Shown here piece by piece: positions 32,015-42,432 of a DNA stretch of 64,000 nt; the first letter of the stretch is position 1; each line of letters starts with the position of its first letter. Origin of the DNA: Candidatus Latescibacterota bacterium (GTDB taxonomy: Bacteria; Latescibacterota; UBA2968); contig OZ242311.1 of the NCBI GenBank assembly GCA_965207885.1, positions 3,584,001 through 3,648,000 of the forward strand, in the 5' to 3' direction. The position numbers were made by a program, and so were the translations under genes. The notes beneath the pieces are model-generated. The model was given only the letters and a program-made list of their open reading frames with translations. It was not told the DNA's origin and searched no databases.

Positions 32015-33211
32015 TAAAGTACACGACAAAAAATAAAAGACCTGTGCAAAACGTGAAAAAGAGTTAGGTTTGAATGTGTGAAAACGAACCTTCTCATCTC
32101 AACAAGGCACAGGTCTATGTCTCGTCAAGTTATACAACTTCACCATGTATTGCAAGGCCATTTTGGGTGGCATAAAGCACGCATCACTTTCACAGCGGCC
32201 TTCATCTTGTCTTTGGTCAAGCTGAGCAGGGTCAACTTCGCCAAATTGGCTAATGCGCTAAATGGACAGGTCAAACCGCAATCAAATTACCGCAGGATAC
32301 AGCGTTTTTTCGCTGAGTTTGACATTCCTTATGAAGCCGTGACGCGACTGATCTTGCACTTATTACCTATAAAGACCGATTTTGCAGTCTCAATAGATCG
32401 CACTAATTGGAAGTTAGGCAAATTCAATATCAACATCCTAACCGCAGGCATTATCTATGAAGGGGTCGCCTTTCCTATGTGTTGGCACTTGTTAAAAAAA
32501 CGAGGCAATTCCAATAGTGATGAGCGTATCAATTTGATGAAACAGGTGCTTACGCGCATTCCCAAGTCTCATATCCGCGTTGTATTGGCAGATAGAGAAT
32601 TCATTGGAAGAGAATGGTTTGCGTGGTTAGACACACAAAACATCCCTTTTGTCATCCGCATCAAGGAAAATGCCCTTGTCTCAAGGGCAGATAGAGAGAT
32701 ACCCATAAAAAAACTCTTTGAAAATTTGCACATCCATCAGCAGGTCAGCCTACAAAGACCTCGCCGCGTTTATGACCTACCTGTGTATGTGTCTGCGCTA
32801 AGATTGAAGGATCAATACCTCATTCTTGCAAGCAACCAACAACGTCAAGTCGCATTGGAGGTGTATAAAAAACGTTGGGGCATTGAAGTCCTTTTTGCAA
32901 ATTTGAAAAGTCGAGGATTTAATCTGGAAGAGACCCACCTTATACATCAAGATCGCATTGAAAAACTCATCGCGCTTTTGGCTATTGCCTGCACCTGGGC
33001 CCATATCATCGGCGAATGGATCGCCCTTACAAAACCTTTGAAGGTCAAAAACCACGGACGGATGGAAAAAAGTCTCTTCCGATATGGGTTGGACTATTTG
33101 CAGTATGTCCTGCTCAATATACACCAACAAGCCCAGCAGTTCCTCAAATGCATTCGTTTACTGATTAATCCGCCAGATTTTAACCCGATTTAGGTTTTGT
33201 CGTGTACTATG
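32015..33211 (+). mobile_element. IS4-family insertion sequence, copy 1 (1197 bp)
   Basis: Ends TAAAGTACACGACAAAA and TTTTGTCGTGTACTATG (14-bp perfect core); boundaries set by comparison with copy 2; flanks AACATTTTT (32006-32014) and AAAATTTCA (33212-33220). Confidence 0.95.
32078..33193 (+). CDS. IS4-family DDE transposase
   Basis: SIDRT, LADREF and YKKRWGIEVLFANLK (Y-2-R-3-E-6-K motif). Confidence 0.95.
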   Translation: MKTNLLISTRHRSMSRQVIQLHHVLQGHFGWHKARITFTAAFILSLVKLSRVNFAKLANALNGQVKPQSNYRRIQRFFAEFDIPYEAVTRLILHLLPIKTDFAVSIDRTNWKLGKFNINILTAGIIYEGVAFPMCWHLLKKRGNSNSDERINLMKQVLTRIPKSHIRVVLADREFIGREWFAWLDTQNIPFVIRIKENALVSRADREIPIKKLFENLHIHQQVSLQRPRRVYDLPVYVSALRLKDQYLILASNQQRQVALEVYKKRWGIEVLFANLKSRGFNLEETHLIHQDRIEKLIALLAIACTWAHIIGEWIALTKPLKVKNHGRMEKSLFRYGLDYLQYVLLNIHQQAQQFLKCIRLLINPPDFNPI

Positions 33212-34586
33212 AAAATTTCAACAAGATCAATCCCGCTATGGCTAAGATTGCGGGCAATACGGCAAAGAGAAAGCGCATCCAGAACATTACGCCCGGATCC
33301 TGCGCCACCCCTTTTGTAGCATCAAATCCAATGATCGCCAGAATATATCCCTGCCCGAGCGCGAATGTGGTCGCCTGTGTCACTTTTTGAAACCAGCCGG
33401 TTGCCGCGCCGTACATGCCTTCGCGCCGAAAGCCGGTTTTCCATTCGTCCCAATCGCAGATATCGGCTTTCATCGACGTAATAATGAGCCAGAAGCCCAT
33501 TTCGCCGATGCGGATAAAAGGCTGTACGATGAGTTGCAAATAGGGCATTGCTGGCGTGTAGCAAAACCACTTTAAGATAGAACCCAAGAGAAGAGAGGTG
33601 ATCGCAAGACCGAGGGTTTTGATCTTTCCGATTCGAGAGGACAAATAGGTCAATACGGGAATGGCGGCGAAGGATATAATGGTTCCGATGAGAATTGCGT
33701 GTCCCTGTATCTCGGCTCCAAATTTTACATCTCCCTGGGCAACGTGATAGATGTTGACATAAGGTCCCAATGCCAGTGTGAAATTACCACCAAAAATGGT
33801 TACGACTGTCAAGCCGCTGAGAACCAGAAATGGTTTGGTCTTCATGGTTGTTTTAATAGCCCACCAGACGGGTACCTTTTCCTGTTTGGCCGCCTGTTCT
33901 GAGTGGCCTTCGCGCACGAGGAAAATAGTGGGCAACAGAAATATAAAAATGACCAGTCCAACGCCAATGCCGACATATTTGGCCCCCGTCATGGTGTCGC
34001 CAAAAATATCGAGCGTACAAAAATAGAAGAGATAGCCCACGAGAATGGTGCTGATCTGCTGGAAAAACGAGCGGTACGCAAAGATATTTGTCCGCTCGTG
34101 ATAATTGTGGCTCAGTTCAAAGCCCAGGCTGTTGTAGGATACTTGCAAAATGGTGACACAGGTATAGAGTGCCAGGCTGCCAATTAGAAAATACGCAAAC
34201 AGTGCGTCTTGATTCAGTCCTTGGGGCACGTTCAAAATGAGTGAGTAGCCAATGGCTGTCAAAATCGCGCCCAACAAGAGATAGGGTCTGCGCCGGCCCC
34301 AGCGAGATTTTGTGTTGTCCGAAAGCCATCCCATAAAGGGATCGGTAATCGCATCCCAGCCTCGGGAGAGCAACAGGACAGTGCCAACCTTAGATGGATG
34401 CATGCCCAGCGTAATATTAAAAATAGGGCCTGAGAGCTTTTTGATCGAATTAACACTTGTGTTCATCGGCAGGACGCCGACGCCATAAGCGATCTTTTCG
34501 AGCAGTGGTATCGACGGATACTCACGCCCAATGGGTTCGCCCTCGCCCCAGGGTGCTGCTTTTTGATCTGTTTTACTTGTGGACAC
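33207..34586 (-). pseudogene. GPH/MelB-like MFS transporter, C-terminus cut by the IS (may still be functional)
   Basis: WDAITDPFMGWLSDNTKSRWGRRRP and TGFRREG motifs; the stop codon lies inside the IS end; the native tail is at 47269-47339. Confidence 0.85.
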
Positions 34587-34602
34587 AAAATCCTCCTGAT
34601 TT

Positions 34603-36045
34603 TTATTTTTCCTGGGATTCCCGATACTGCTTGTACTTTGCAGATGCAGGATTTACGTGGGCATACGCTTCCAATTCGGTTTCCATTCCGCGGTCATTTT
34701 GCTGCGCCATCCACGCATCGAGTTCCGTCCGCATCTCTTTCATGATACCTGCGTATTGTGCATCTTCGGAGAGGTTTTTCAACTCGTAGGGATCGGTTTC
34801 CAGATCGTAAAATTCCACTGCCGGGCGATGCCGCAAGGCGTGTACCCGGGGCGCGAGTGCTGGATTTTTTTCGGCTGCTTCTGCCCATCCCATTTCGTCC
34901 ATAAACCGCGTCACATTGCACTGAAACACGCCTTCGTGATTGAGATTTGCGATGTATTTATATCTTTTGGAGCGCACCGAGCGAATCGGATAATCTGTCC
35001 CGTCCCGAACACCGCGATTGGTATAAGCGCCATATACGTAATCCCGGTGGTGATTGCCATTTCCCGCGACGAGATGCCAGAAGCTTTTTCCGTCAAATCC
35101 AGAACCCCCATCTGGCGCGCCTGCTCTGCCCGTATCGATTTGTTCGGGATCGCCACCTGCGACTTGTAGGAGCGTTGGCAAAATATCTACATATTGCACG
35201 AGGGCATCGCAGAAAGAACCCGCCTCAATTTTGCCCGGCCAGCGCATGATTAACCCGGTGTGCAATCCGTTTTCATAACACGTCCACTTGCCGCCATAGG
35301 GGAATGCTGATCCCTGTTCTGTTGAGAAAACTACGAGGGTGTTATCCGATATGACTTGCATACACCGTCCCAACTCGGTATCCAGTGCGGTAATTTCGGC
35401 ATAGTACGCCGCCAATCGCTTCCGCGTTTCCGGGGTGTCGATTAAATACGGTGGAATCGTCACTTTGTCCGGATCGTACATATCCTGCGGACCCTTTGTA
35501 TATGGCAGGTGGGGATTGCGCGATGCGACGACCAGGCAATAGGGTTGCCCCGGTTCTCGATTGATGAATTCTTGAATAACCTGGATTGACGCATCGGAAT
35601 CCAGTAATTCATTGGTGCTGGTTGTTTTCAATACTTCAAAGGGAAACGATTCGGACGGTCCGTAGTGTTGCTTGCCAATGATTCCAACGCGGTAGCCCAG
35701 TGCTTTGAAATGATGTGCCAGGCTTTTGACACCCGGATGCACGAATCCCCCCTGGGGATATGCGCCATTGCGTATTGGAAACATTCCGGTGTACAACTGT
35801 TGTCGCGTGGGCGCGCAAATTGATGTGGAGGTAAAACAGCCATCAAAACGCATGCCGTCACGCGATAAGCGGTCCAGATTTGGCGTTTGCACTTCTGCAT
35901 TGCCATATACGCCACAGTCTCGCCACGTCATATCGTCGGCCAAAAACAATACAATATTGGGGCGATCATCTGCTTGTGCCCGAAGTAGCGATGGCATTGC
36001 AACGGTCGCGACGGCAGTTTGTTTGATGAACTCGCGTCGGTTCAT
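34603..36045 (-). CDS. Tat-exported Cys-type sulfatase (sulfamidase-like)
   Basis: MNRREFIK twin-arginine leader; RPNIVLFLADD, CAPTR and FYDLETDPYE motifs. Confidence 0.9.
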   Translation of the reverse strand: MNRREFIKQTAVATVAMPSLLRAQADDRPNIVLFLADDMTWRDCGVYGNAEVQTPNLDRLSRDGMRFDGCFTSTSICAPTRQQLYTGMFPIRNGAYPQGGFVHPGVKSLAHHFKALGYRVGIIGKQHYGPSESFPFEVLKTTSTNELLDSDASIQVIQEFINREPGQPYCLVVASRNPHLPYTKGPQDMYDPDKVTIPPYLIDTPETRKRLAAYYAEITALDTELGRCMQVISDNTLVVFSTEQGSAFPYGGKWTCYENGLHTGLIMRWPGKIEAGSFCDALVQYVDILPTLLQVAGGDPEQIDTGRAGAPDGGSGFDGKSFWHLVAGNGNHHRDYVYGAYTNRGVRDGTDYPIRSVRSKRYKYIANLNHEGVFQCNVTRFMDEMGWAEAAEKNPALAPRVHALRHRPAVEFYDLETDPYELKNLSEDAQYAGIMKEMRTELDAWMAQQNDRGMETELEAYAHVNPASAKYKQYRESQEK

Positions 36046-36063
36046 GATTATCTCCGGTTGTTG

Positions 36064-37095
36064 TCAATAGTCAAAGTCATCTTGCTGTGCTTTGCGAATC
36101 CGAATGGCAAATGCTTCTTGTGGATTTTTTACCGTGATCAGATGGATTTCTTCATCGGTAAAGTTCGCTTTTCGCATCAGCGGAATGAATTGATCAAAAA
36201 TGGCATTATAAGGCTTAAAAGGACGGTCGCCGTATCCAAATGAATTGCCGTCGTGAGAAAGCAAAACCCGGGGCAAAACGCCAAATCTTCTCATATGGCG
36301 CAGCATATCGAGATGGTTATTGAGTGTTTCGTCGCGGATGCTATCCAGTCCGATCCACGCACCTGCCTGCGCAACGGGGGTCAGGTCGGCGGGATCTTTG
36401 ACGCGTTGTGCGTGTGCCCAGACCCATGCTTCTGGGTGTACGCCCATTTCTTCGAGCAGCGCAACCTGCTCGATAGCCGCGTCCGTGCTGCCACTTGTAT
36501 GCGAGACAATTGTCAGGCCCGTTTTGAGATGGGTTTTGCCCGCCGCCAAAATGAGTTTCTTGTCTATGTCAGAGGGCATGCCGGGGTCAACGCCAATTTT
36601 GATAAATCCCGGGCGAATATCTGTCCCGTCAATCCCGTTTTCCCACTCATCAATCCAGCGTTGGGCAATTTGATCAGCCGTTTCTTCAAAGGCGTGTGCT
36701 GGCACATAGCGATCGTGCGCTGCGCCAAAATACCCGGTATTGGTCAGTATTTGCATCCCGGTTTCTTGTGAGATGCGCCGAAGCAAATCCACGCGCCGAC
36801 CAAAATAAGCTCCCGTGCATTCACAAATGGTTTGCACGCCAAATACTTTTAACATTTTGAGATAGGGGATAACTTTGGCGAATAATTTTTCTTCGTCGTA
36901 TTGCGCGACTTTGACCGGCTGCCCGCCAAAAACGGACATGATGTGTTCGTGGGGGAGGGTGAACCCCATCTGCTCGGGTGCTATCGGTCCGGTTACAGTC
37001 ATCACCTGTGGTTTCGACGCAAAAGCCGACGGTGCAATTGCCAGCGCACCCGCAGTTGCGAGACTTTGTTGTATAAATGTTCTTCGGGTAATCAT
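36064..37095 (-). CDS. Tat-exported phosphotriesterase-family hydrolase
   Basis: TRRTFIQ leader; MTVTGPI, GFTLPHEH, GFIKIG, SHT, WAH and LLSHD metal-ligand motifs. Confidence 0.9.
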   Translation of the reverse strand: MITRRTFIQQSLATAGALAIAPSAFASKPQVMTVTGPIAPEQMGFTLPHEHIMSVFGGQPVKVAQYDEEKLFAKVIPYLKMLKVFGVQTICECTGAYFGRRVDLLRRISQETGMQILTNTGYFGAAHDRYVPAHAFEETADQIAQRWIDEWENGIDGTDIRPGFIKIGVDPGMPSDIDKKLILAAGKTHLKTGLTIVSHTSGSTDAAIEQVALLEEMGVHPEAWVWAHAQRVKDPADLTPVAQAGAWIGLDSIRDETLNNHLDMLRHMRRFGVLPRVLLSHDGNSFGYGDRPFKPYNAIFDQFIPLMRKANFTDEEIHLITVKNPQEAFAIRIRKAQQDDFDY

Positions 37096-37101
37096 TGCGC
37101 T

Positions 37102-39063
37102 CTAAAAATTGTGTACATTGTGTCCCTGCAGGGGGAACCAGATGCAATCTATGACAAATACCAGCCCAGTGCTGAACGCTTGTGCTGCCAGCAGGCCGAT
37201 GAAAAACGGTTTTCCTTTTTCGTATAGCTGCACGCCGCCCATCTTCATCACGACAACTTTGATTGCCCACACAATAAATACCGAGAATACGGTTTTACTC
37301 ACGCCGTAGTTCCCCTGCATGGCCAGTCCAATTGGATGCAGCGGCCAGGCGGGGATCCAGTAGCGAATTACGGTCAAAATCGCCATCGCACTGGCGCCAA
37401 CTCCCGCCCACATCACGCGGCCATCACCTCCGAGCCCCAGGGGATTGCGGATCGCGTTCATCGCAAAATCAAATGCCCGCGGGCCAACGTGCTTGAGGCC
37501 CATATTTCCCAGATTATAAGCCCCGTATTCATAACTCAAGTAAAGTGTGTTGACAATCGAAATCACAAAGCCCACGGCGAGAGACGCCCAGATCACGCCT
37601 GTAATCCGCCGGGGTGTTACGGTCTTATCCACAGCTTTCACCGCCTGTGAAAACGACGGCATCAAAAAGCCTTTGCCGATGTCGGGAAAAAAATTGAATA
37701 CCCGCATAAATGCCAGCGCGGTGATGCTCGAAACCCCCATGATCGATGCCGAGCCAAATGCCTGTACGACCGCGTCATTTGGCTCCAACCGATAATAGGC
37801 ATAGACCAGACCCAGTTCGGAAACAGCGCGTGCCAGGCCCAAAAACAACAACATTGCCAGAACCAGAAATACTATCGCAACCCACAATGCCATGCCGGTT
37901 GCGACCAGCCAGCACGTTGCAAACACGAGCGAGAGCACAAGGCCAAATACCGCCGTGCGGTATGACAATAACTCTCCGCGATCATCTATTTCACAACTCG
38001 GGTCCCACGCTTTGCGCCACACGGCCTTCAAGTGTGCGCGCGCCATCCACAAGCCCCACACCGCGAGAAAAATGAGCGCGCCCATGCTCTGCCAGTTTAA
38101 TAACTCATTTTCCCAGTGCAGACTGGATGAACCCAGGGGATATCCAAAAATATTCGAAGCATAGATCTGAAATGCCGTCAAGACGATAAAAAACCACACG
38201 CTGAACAATACATCTAACCGCGCAAAATAGCCAAAACCTATGGCGTAAAAACTGAGGCGAAAGGGCAATGCTGGAAAATCGGGAAAAGCCCGCCAGTTCA
38301 TTCCCTCAATAGAAATATGCGGGAAAGCCGGCGAAAAATAAGATCCGATATTCCACAGCTTTAACGCCATCACAAGGCCAAACGCGATCCAGAACAACGG
38401 GGATCGAAGCATTTTTTCCAGCGTGCCACCCGGCTCAGTCTCAGTCAGCAGGCTTCCCACTTCTACAAGCGGATATGCCAGCCGCTCGTAATCCACCCAT
38501 TGTTTTCGCAAAATTACCACCACGCTGAATACCGCAAATCCCATCGCGCCCAGGAAGCACATCCACCAGAATATCGGTGCGACCCATACGCGCCAGGGGA
38601 ATGTTCCCTTTCCGCCCTCGTAAAACCGCGTCATCTCTCCGCCCGCATTGGTCGGCACCTGCCAGTGCGGGATATGTTCGAGCAAGTACGTCGTCCAGCC
38701 GTTTTCCGTTGAGGCAAAATAATAGGGCGCGGCTACCACGCCGATCAGATGTCCGCTGATCCCGTCATAAGACACCGAGATGCCGACCAGTCCAGAAGCC
38801 AGGACCACCAGCAATTCCGATCGCGTCAACGCCCAGGTTGAACGCCGATGATTTGCCAGCAAGTTGCATATACACAAAATTAAAAAGGGATAGTAGAGCG
38901 CTACGGGAAAATGGCTGCGGCTGATATTGGATCCCGATGTGTAATACGGCATCCATTCATTCCACAGCACACTGACCAGGATCATGGCGACTGACGCAAC
39001 AGCGGTTCGATAGGTGCGCAAACCCCTGCTGATCGGTTTTTGTGTATGTGCTAATTCTGCCAT
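37102..39063 (-). CDS. Polytopic membrane protein, DUF6785/DUF6784-like (putative transporter), paralog A
   Basis: Many TM segments; LRKQWVDYERLAYPL, WPLHPIG and KPFFIGL motifs; start placed at MAELAH. Confidence 0.75.
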   Translation of the reverse strand: MAELAHTQKPISRGLRTYRTAVASVAMILVSVLWNEWMPYYTSGSNISRSHFPVALYYPFLILCICNLLANHRRSTWALTRSELLVVLASGLVGISVSYDGISGHLIGVVAAPYYFASTENGWTTYLLEHIPHWQVPTNAGGEMTRFYEGGKGTFPWRVWVAPIFWWMCFLGAMGFAVFSVVVILRKQWVDYERLAYPLVEVGSLLTETEPGGTLEKMLRSPLFWIAFGLVMALKLWNIGSYFSPAFPHISIEGMNWRAFPDFPALPFRLSFYAIGFGYFARLDVLFSVWFFIVLTAFQIYASNIFGYPLGSSSLHWENELLNWQSMGALIFLAVWGLWMARAHLKAVWRKAWDPSCEIDDRGELLSYRTAVFGLVLSLVFATCWLVATGMALWVAIVFLVLAMLLFLGLARAVSELGLVYAYYRLEPNDAVVQAFGSASIMGVSSITALAFMRVFNFFPDIGKGFLMPSFSQAVKAVDKTVTPRRITGVIWASLAVGFVISIVNTLYLSYEYGAYNLGNMGLKHVGPRAFDFAMNAIRNPLGLGGDGRVMWAGVGASAMAILTVIRYWIPAWPLHPIGLAMQGNYGVSKTVFSVFIVWAIKVVVMKMGGVQLYEKGKPFFIGLLAAQAFSTGLVFVIDCIWFPLQGHNVHNF

Positions 39064-39089
39064 GGTAGGGATGTCCGCGGGATTCACAT

Positions 39090-39129
39090 AAAAAAGGGAG
39101 CCGGTCAAATCAAAAACAGGCTCCCTTTT
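39090..39129 (-). terminator. Terminator-like hairpin after the PorV-like gene
   Basis: AAAAGGGAGCC/GGCTCCCTTTT stem with T-tracts on both strands. Confidence 0.65.
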
Positions 39130-39149
39130 CAAAATGGCGGGGATAGAGG

Positions 39150-40205
39150 CTAAAAGCCCGCCTGAAGCGTCAAGCGGTTGACACCGTCAAATACGCCAAA
39201 ATCGGTGTACGCATAATCCACGCGCAAAGCGAGGCTGCCCAGGTCGCGGCCAAAGCCGACGCCCAGAGAGATACCCTGTTCATCGGTTGGCGTTATATAT
39301 CCGGCGCGCAAAGACAGGGTTTTCATAATCGTATAATCCACCCCGACCTTGACTTGCTCGGAAAAGTCGCGTGGGCGCTCGGTGTCCACCGATAGAATTA
39401 TGGAATGGGTATCCTTATCCATATCCGTGAGATCGATCAAATCCATCGCCAACCCCATGCGGAATGTCAGCGGCAATTCAAAACTCTCCTCGCTGTACTT
39501 GTTTTCCTGAGAGAAGTTTCGCGTGTTCAGCGCCAATGTCAGGCTCTTATATCCCGTCCAGTAGAGCACGCCAAAATCGACAATGGTCGAGCGCTCGCTA
39601 AAAGATTTATTTACAGGCGATGCGCCTTCAAGCCCCACGGGAACATCGCCGAACGATTGCTTGGCGATGCGTATATTGCCGCCCACTGAAAAGCGGTCGG
39701 TAATTGCGCGGGCATAACCGAGTCCGATTGCCCAGGCAGATGGGCTATACGTGCCCACGTCGAGGAATCCCTTTTCGTTGTCCGCGCGAATGGTGCGTTC
39801 AAAATCGCCGTAATCGACGGCAACCATTGACAATCCGAAAACGCCCCAATCCGTATTCAATGCGACACTACCCATATTGTAGGTCACATCTGCAATCCAC
39901 TGGATCTGCCCGGCAGAGAGTTGAAACTTGCGCGTGGCATACGCCATTGATGCGGGGTTGTAAAACATCGCCGATGACCCCACCCTCAATGCGGAATACG
40001 CATCGCCCATGGCGGCAGCGCGCGCATCGGGCGATACGCTCAAAAACTTAAAGCCCGCTTGTGCGCGGCGTTCGCGCGGGAGATCCTGTCCCGGTTCGGG
40101 CACGGGAAGGTCGTCTGGATCTGTCGTATCCACAGGGTCCTGTGCATAGAGCGGCGTCAGACACATCAGACTCAGCGCGACATAAGTAAGAAATTTTCTG
40201 GTCAT
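39150..40205 (-). CDS. PorV/PorQ-family outer-membrane beta-barrel
   Basis: Signal peptide; FLSVSPDARAAAMGDAY, FYNPA, LRAGY and VDYAY motifs; terminal Phe. Confidence 0.85.
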   Translation of the reverse strand: MTRKFLTYVALSLMCLTPLYAQDPVDTTDPDDLPVPEPGQDLPRERRAQAGFKFLSVSPDARAAAMGDAYSALRVGSSAMFYNPASMAYATRKFQLSAGQIQWIADVTYNMGSVALNTDWGVFGLSMVAVDYGDFERTIRADNEKGFLDVGTYSPSAWAIGLGYARAITDRFSVGGNIRIAKQSFGDVPVGLEGASPVNKSFSERSTIVDFGVLYWTGYKSLTLALNTRNFSQENKYSEESFELPLTFRMGLAMDLIDLTDMDKDTHSIILSVDTERPRDFSEQVKVGVDYTIMKTLSLRAGYITPTDEQGISLGVGFGRDLGSLALRVDYAYTDFGVFDGVNRLTLQAGF

Positions 40206-40220
40206 TGAAATACTCCATTC

Positions 40221-42395
40221 TTAACGAATAATGACGAATTTTTTGATTATCTTTTCGCCGGTCTGAAGGTCTGTGATCACGGCAAAATAAATGCCGCTCG
40301 TAATCACCTGATTCGACTCTGTGGTCAGGTTCCAAAATTCATCCCCTGTGCCGTCCGTGTGCTCGATGGTGAAAATCGATTCTCCCAGTTCGCTGAAAAT
40401 CTGGATGGTGCATTCGCCCGGGATTTCGAAAAATGCCAGCTTGTCCTGCTGATCAGGGAATCGAATATTCTGATCGGCTTCCAGCACATAGGGATTGGGC
40501 ACAACGCGCACATCACTCATTACGCCGCCGGGCGGGCGCTTCAAAAACGCGGGATCATAGGTCTGCGTATAATACCGGCTGCTTTTCATCACCATACCAG
40601 TGGGCGTCATTCCCGTTCCATCGCTGTTCACTGCACCAACGGATTGGATATAGTAGAAATAACTGATGCCGCGCACCACGTCCGCATCTGCGTATTCGCG
40701 TGCCTCTGGTCCCAGGGTGGCGATCAATTTGTATTCCCAGAGGTCATCCACAGTGCCTTCATAAAAATTGCGCGTTCGCCAGATCTCAAAACCCGTGTGA
40801 TTGGCATTGGCAAAGGTCTCCCACGAAAGCACAATTTGATCAGAACCGGACTGCACATTGAAAACTCTGGGTGGCAGTGGGGGATGTGGAATATTATAAC
40901 CCGATTGCCAGTTTGCCGTCGCCCTTCGGATCATGTGATAGATCGAATCCCGGGTGCCCAGCACCCAGCGATTTTTCGTGTGGGTTTGGCCCTCATAGGT
41001 AATGGGCAGTGTATCGTCATAACCAGAATTTTTGTAAGCCGTGCCCACTGCAACGGCCACATCCCGGTCCAGCCCGTACATGCCTTCAATCCAGACCATA
41101 CTGACGCTTTCGCCCGGAGGTATGGTGTAGGGACCAAATGCAAATGCCGGCACCATACCTCCACTTCTCATGCGATCGATATCAATTTGTGCGGCCATGC
41201 GTTCGTACCACGATTCCGAATCGAAAGGACCCGCAGGCTCCGGCGGTGCTGACCGGTCGGCTTCGTGCGGGAAAAAGTGACCGTCTGTTCCCGGGTTGCC
41301 ATACTCGGCATAGCTCAGTTCAGGATGCATAAAATGGTAGGTGTCTTTCATCTGCTCGGCATCGCCAAAAGACGGGTTGGTAATTGCATCGCCGCCGCGG
41401 GTAAAGCCCGTGGTTCTGGGCTGGCCCTGATCATTGCTCGGATCTGATGGGCTTGTATCTGCGTGCAAGATCGCCCGGGTTAGCATATACGCACCACCGA
41501 GCCGACCGATGGAATCGCCTTCTGTAATCCGATAGTTAACATTTCCGCGTCCACCTCTCCAGATAGGCCCCCCGATGCGGTTTAGAAAGGATACGCGCGT
41601 ACCATTGCCTATCCAGCCGAGCGTGGCGCGTATGCCTGTCCATTTGCCCACATCCTCCTTGCCGTCGCCGATATAGTCCCACATCGTTCCCGAGACACCG
41701 GCACTTGTAACTGAGCGGGGTCCCCAGAGGTGTTCTTTGGCTGCAAAGGACAACATCACTTCGTTTGCGGTTTGATCGGGCAATTCGATCTCTTCATCGT
41801 CATCGACATTGCCCGTATTGGTCCAGGTCATTTCCCTGATGTGGTAGTCATCGTGGTACGGGGTTGAGAATGCGTATATCTTCTCTTCCCAGGTGATACC
41901 CACATTGGAATTGGCTCCGCGGACAATCATGCGATCTGACGGAATTGAAGGATCGACACGCGTGAGCACTGTGGGTCTGACGAATGTCTGAAATCCATCG
42001 ACAAATACATCTGGTTTTTCAAACTTGCCAATCAGTTCCATGGGCAATGCAAAGTGTTCGCCCAGGTCAAAAACGCGAGGTCCCGCACGGGCGACTTTGA
42101 ACGACCAGACTTGTCCGTTTTCATCTGTAAAATCTTTTACTCCGATATAATGACGGCTGCGCACATGTGTGCCACCTTCTCGAGCATAAATACCAGGCCA
42201 GTATTTCACACGTGCCCGAAACGGGGGTTGTGTAATCGAAGGCTCTGTGCCTGTCGATGCGTATCGATAGTGATAATCGCCCACATCCAGCCACATCAAC
42301 TCTGCCTGCGCCTGCACTTCGGTAGGCTGGCTCCAGAACACCAATGCCACAAGTGCAAAAGCTGTTCCGATCAGCGGTTTTAAAAATCTATTCAT
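40221..42395 (-). CDS. Secreted protein with an FN3-like segment and a T9SS-CTD/FlgD-Ig-like C-terminus
   Basis: Signal peptide; PPRVF..IVLSW..FEIWR..YFYYI; C-terminal VRVVPNPY..IQIFS..WN..SGIYF..KFVIIR. Confidence 0.7.
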   Translation of the reverse strand: MNRFLKPLIGTAFALVALVFWSQPTEVQAQAELMWLDVGDYHYRYASTGTEPSITQPPFRARVKYWPGIYAREGGTHVRSRHYIGVKDFTDENGQVWSFKVARAGPRVFDLGEHFALPMELIGKFEKPDVFVDGFQTFVRPTVLTRVDPSIPSDRMIVRGANSNVGITWEEKIYAFSTPYHDDYHIREMTWTNTGNVDDDEEIELPDQTANEVMLSFAAKEHLWGPRSVTSAGVSGTMWDYIGDGKEDVGKWTGIRATLGWIGNGTRVSFLNRIGGPIWRGGRGNVNYRITEGDSIGRLGGAYMLTRAILHADTSPSDPSNDQGQPRTTGFTRGGDAITNPSFGDAEQMKDTYHFMHPELSYAEYGNPGTDGHFFPHEADRSAPPEPAGPFDSESWYERMAAQIDIDRMRSGGMVPAFAFGPYTIPPGESVSMVWIEGMYGLDRDVAVAVGTAYKNSGYDDTLPITYEGQTHTKNRWVLGTRDSIYHMIRRATANWQSGYNIPHPPLPPRVFNVQSGSDQIVLSWETFANANHTGFEIWRTRNFYEGTVDDLWEYKLIATLGPEAREYADADVVRGISYFYYIQSVGAVNSDGTGMTPTGMVMKSSRYYTQTYDPAFLKRPPGGVMSDVRVVPNPYVLEADQNIRFPDQQDKLAFFEIPGECTIQIFSELGESIFTIEHTDGTGDEFWNLTTESNQVITSGIYFAVITDLQTGEKIIKKFVIIR

Positions 42396-42432
42396 TATAG
42401 TTCTCCTGATAAGTCGCGATTCAAAAATCTTC

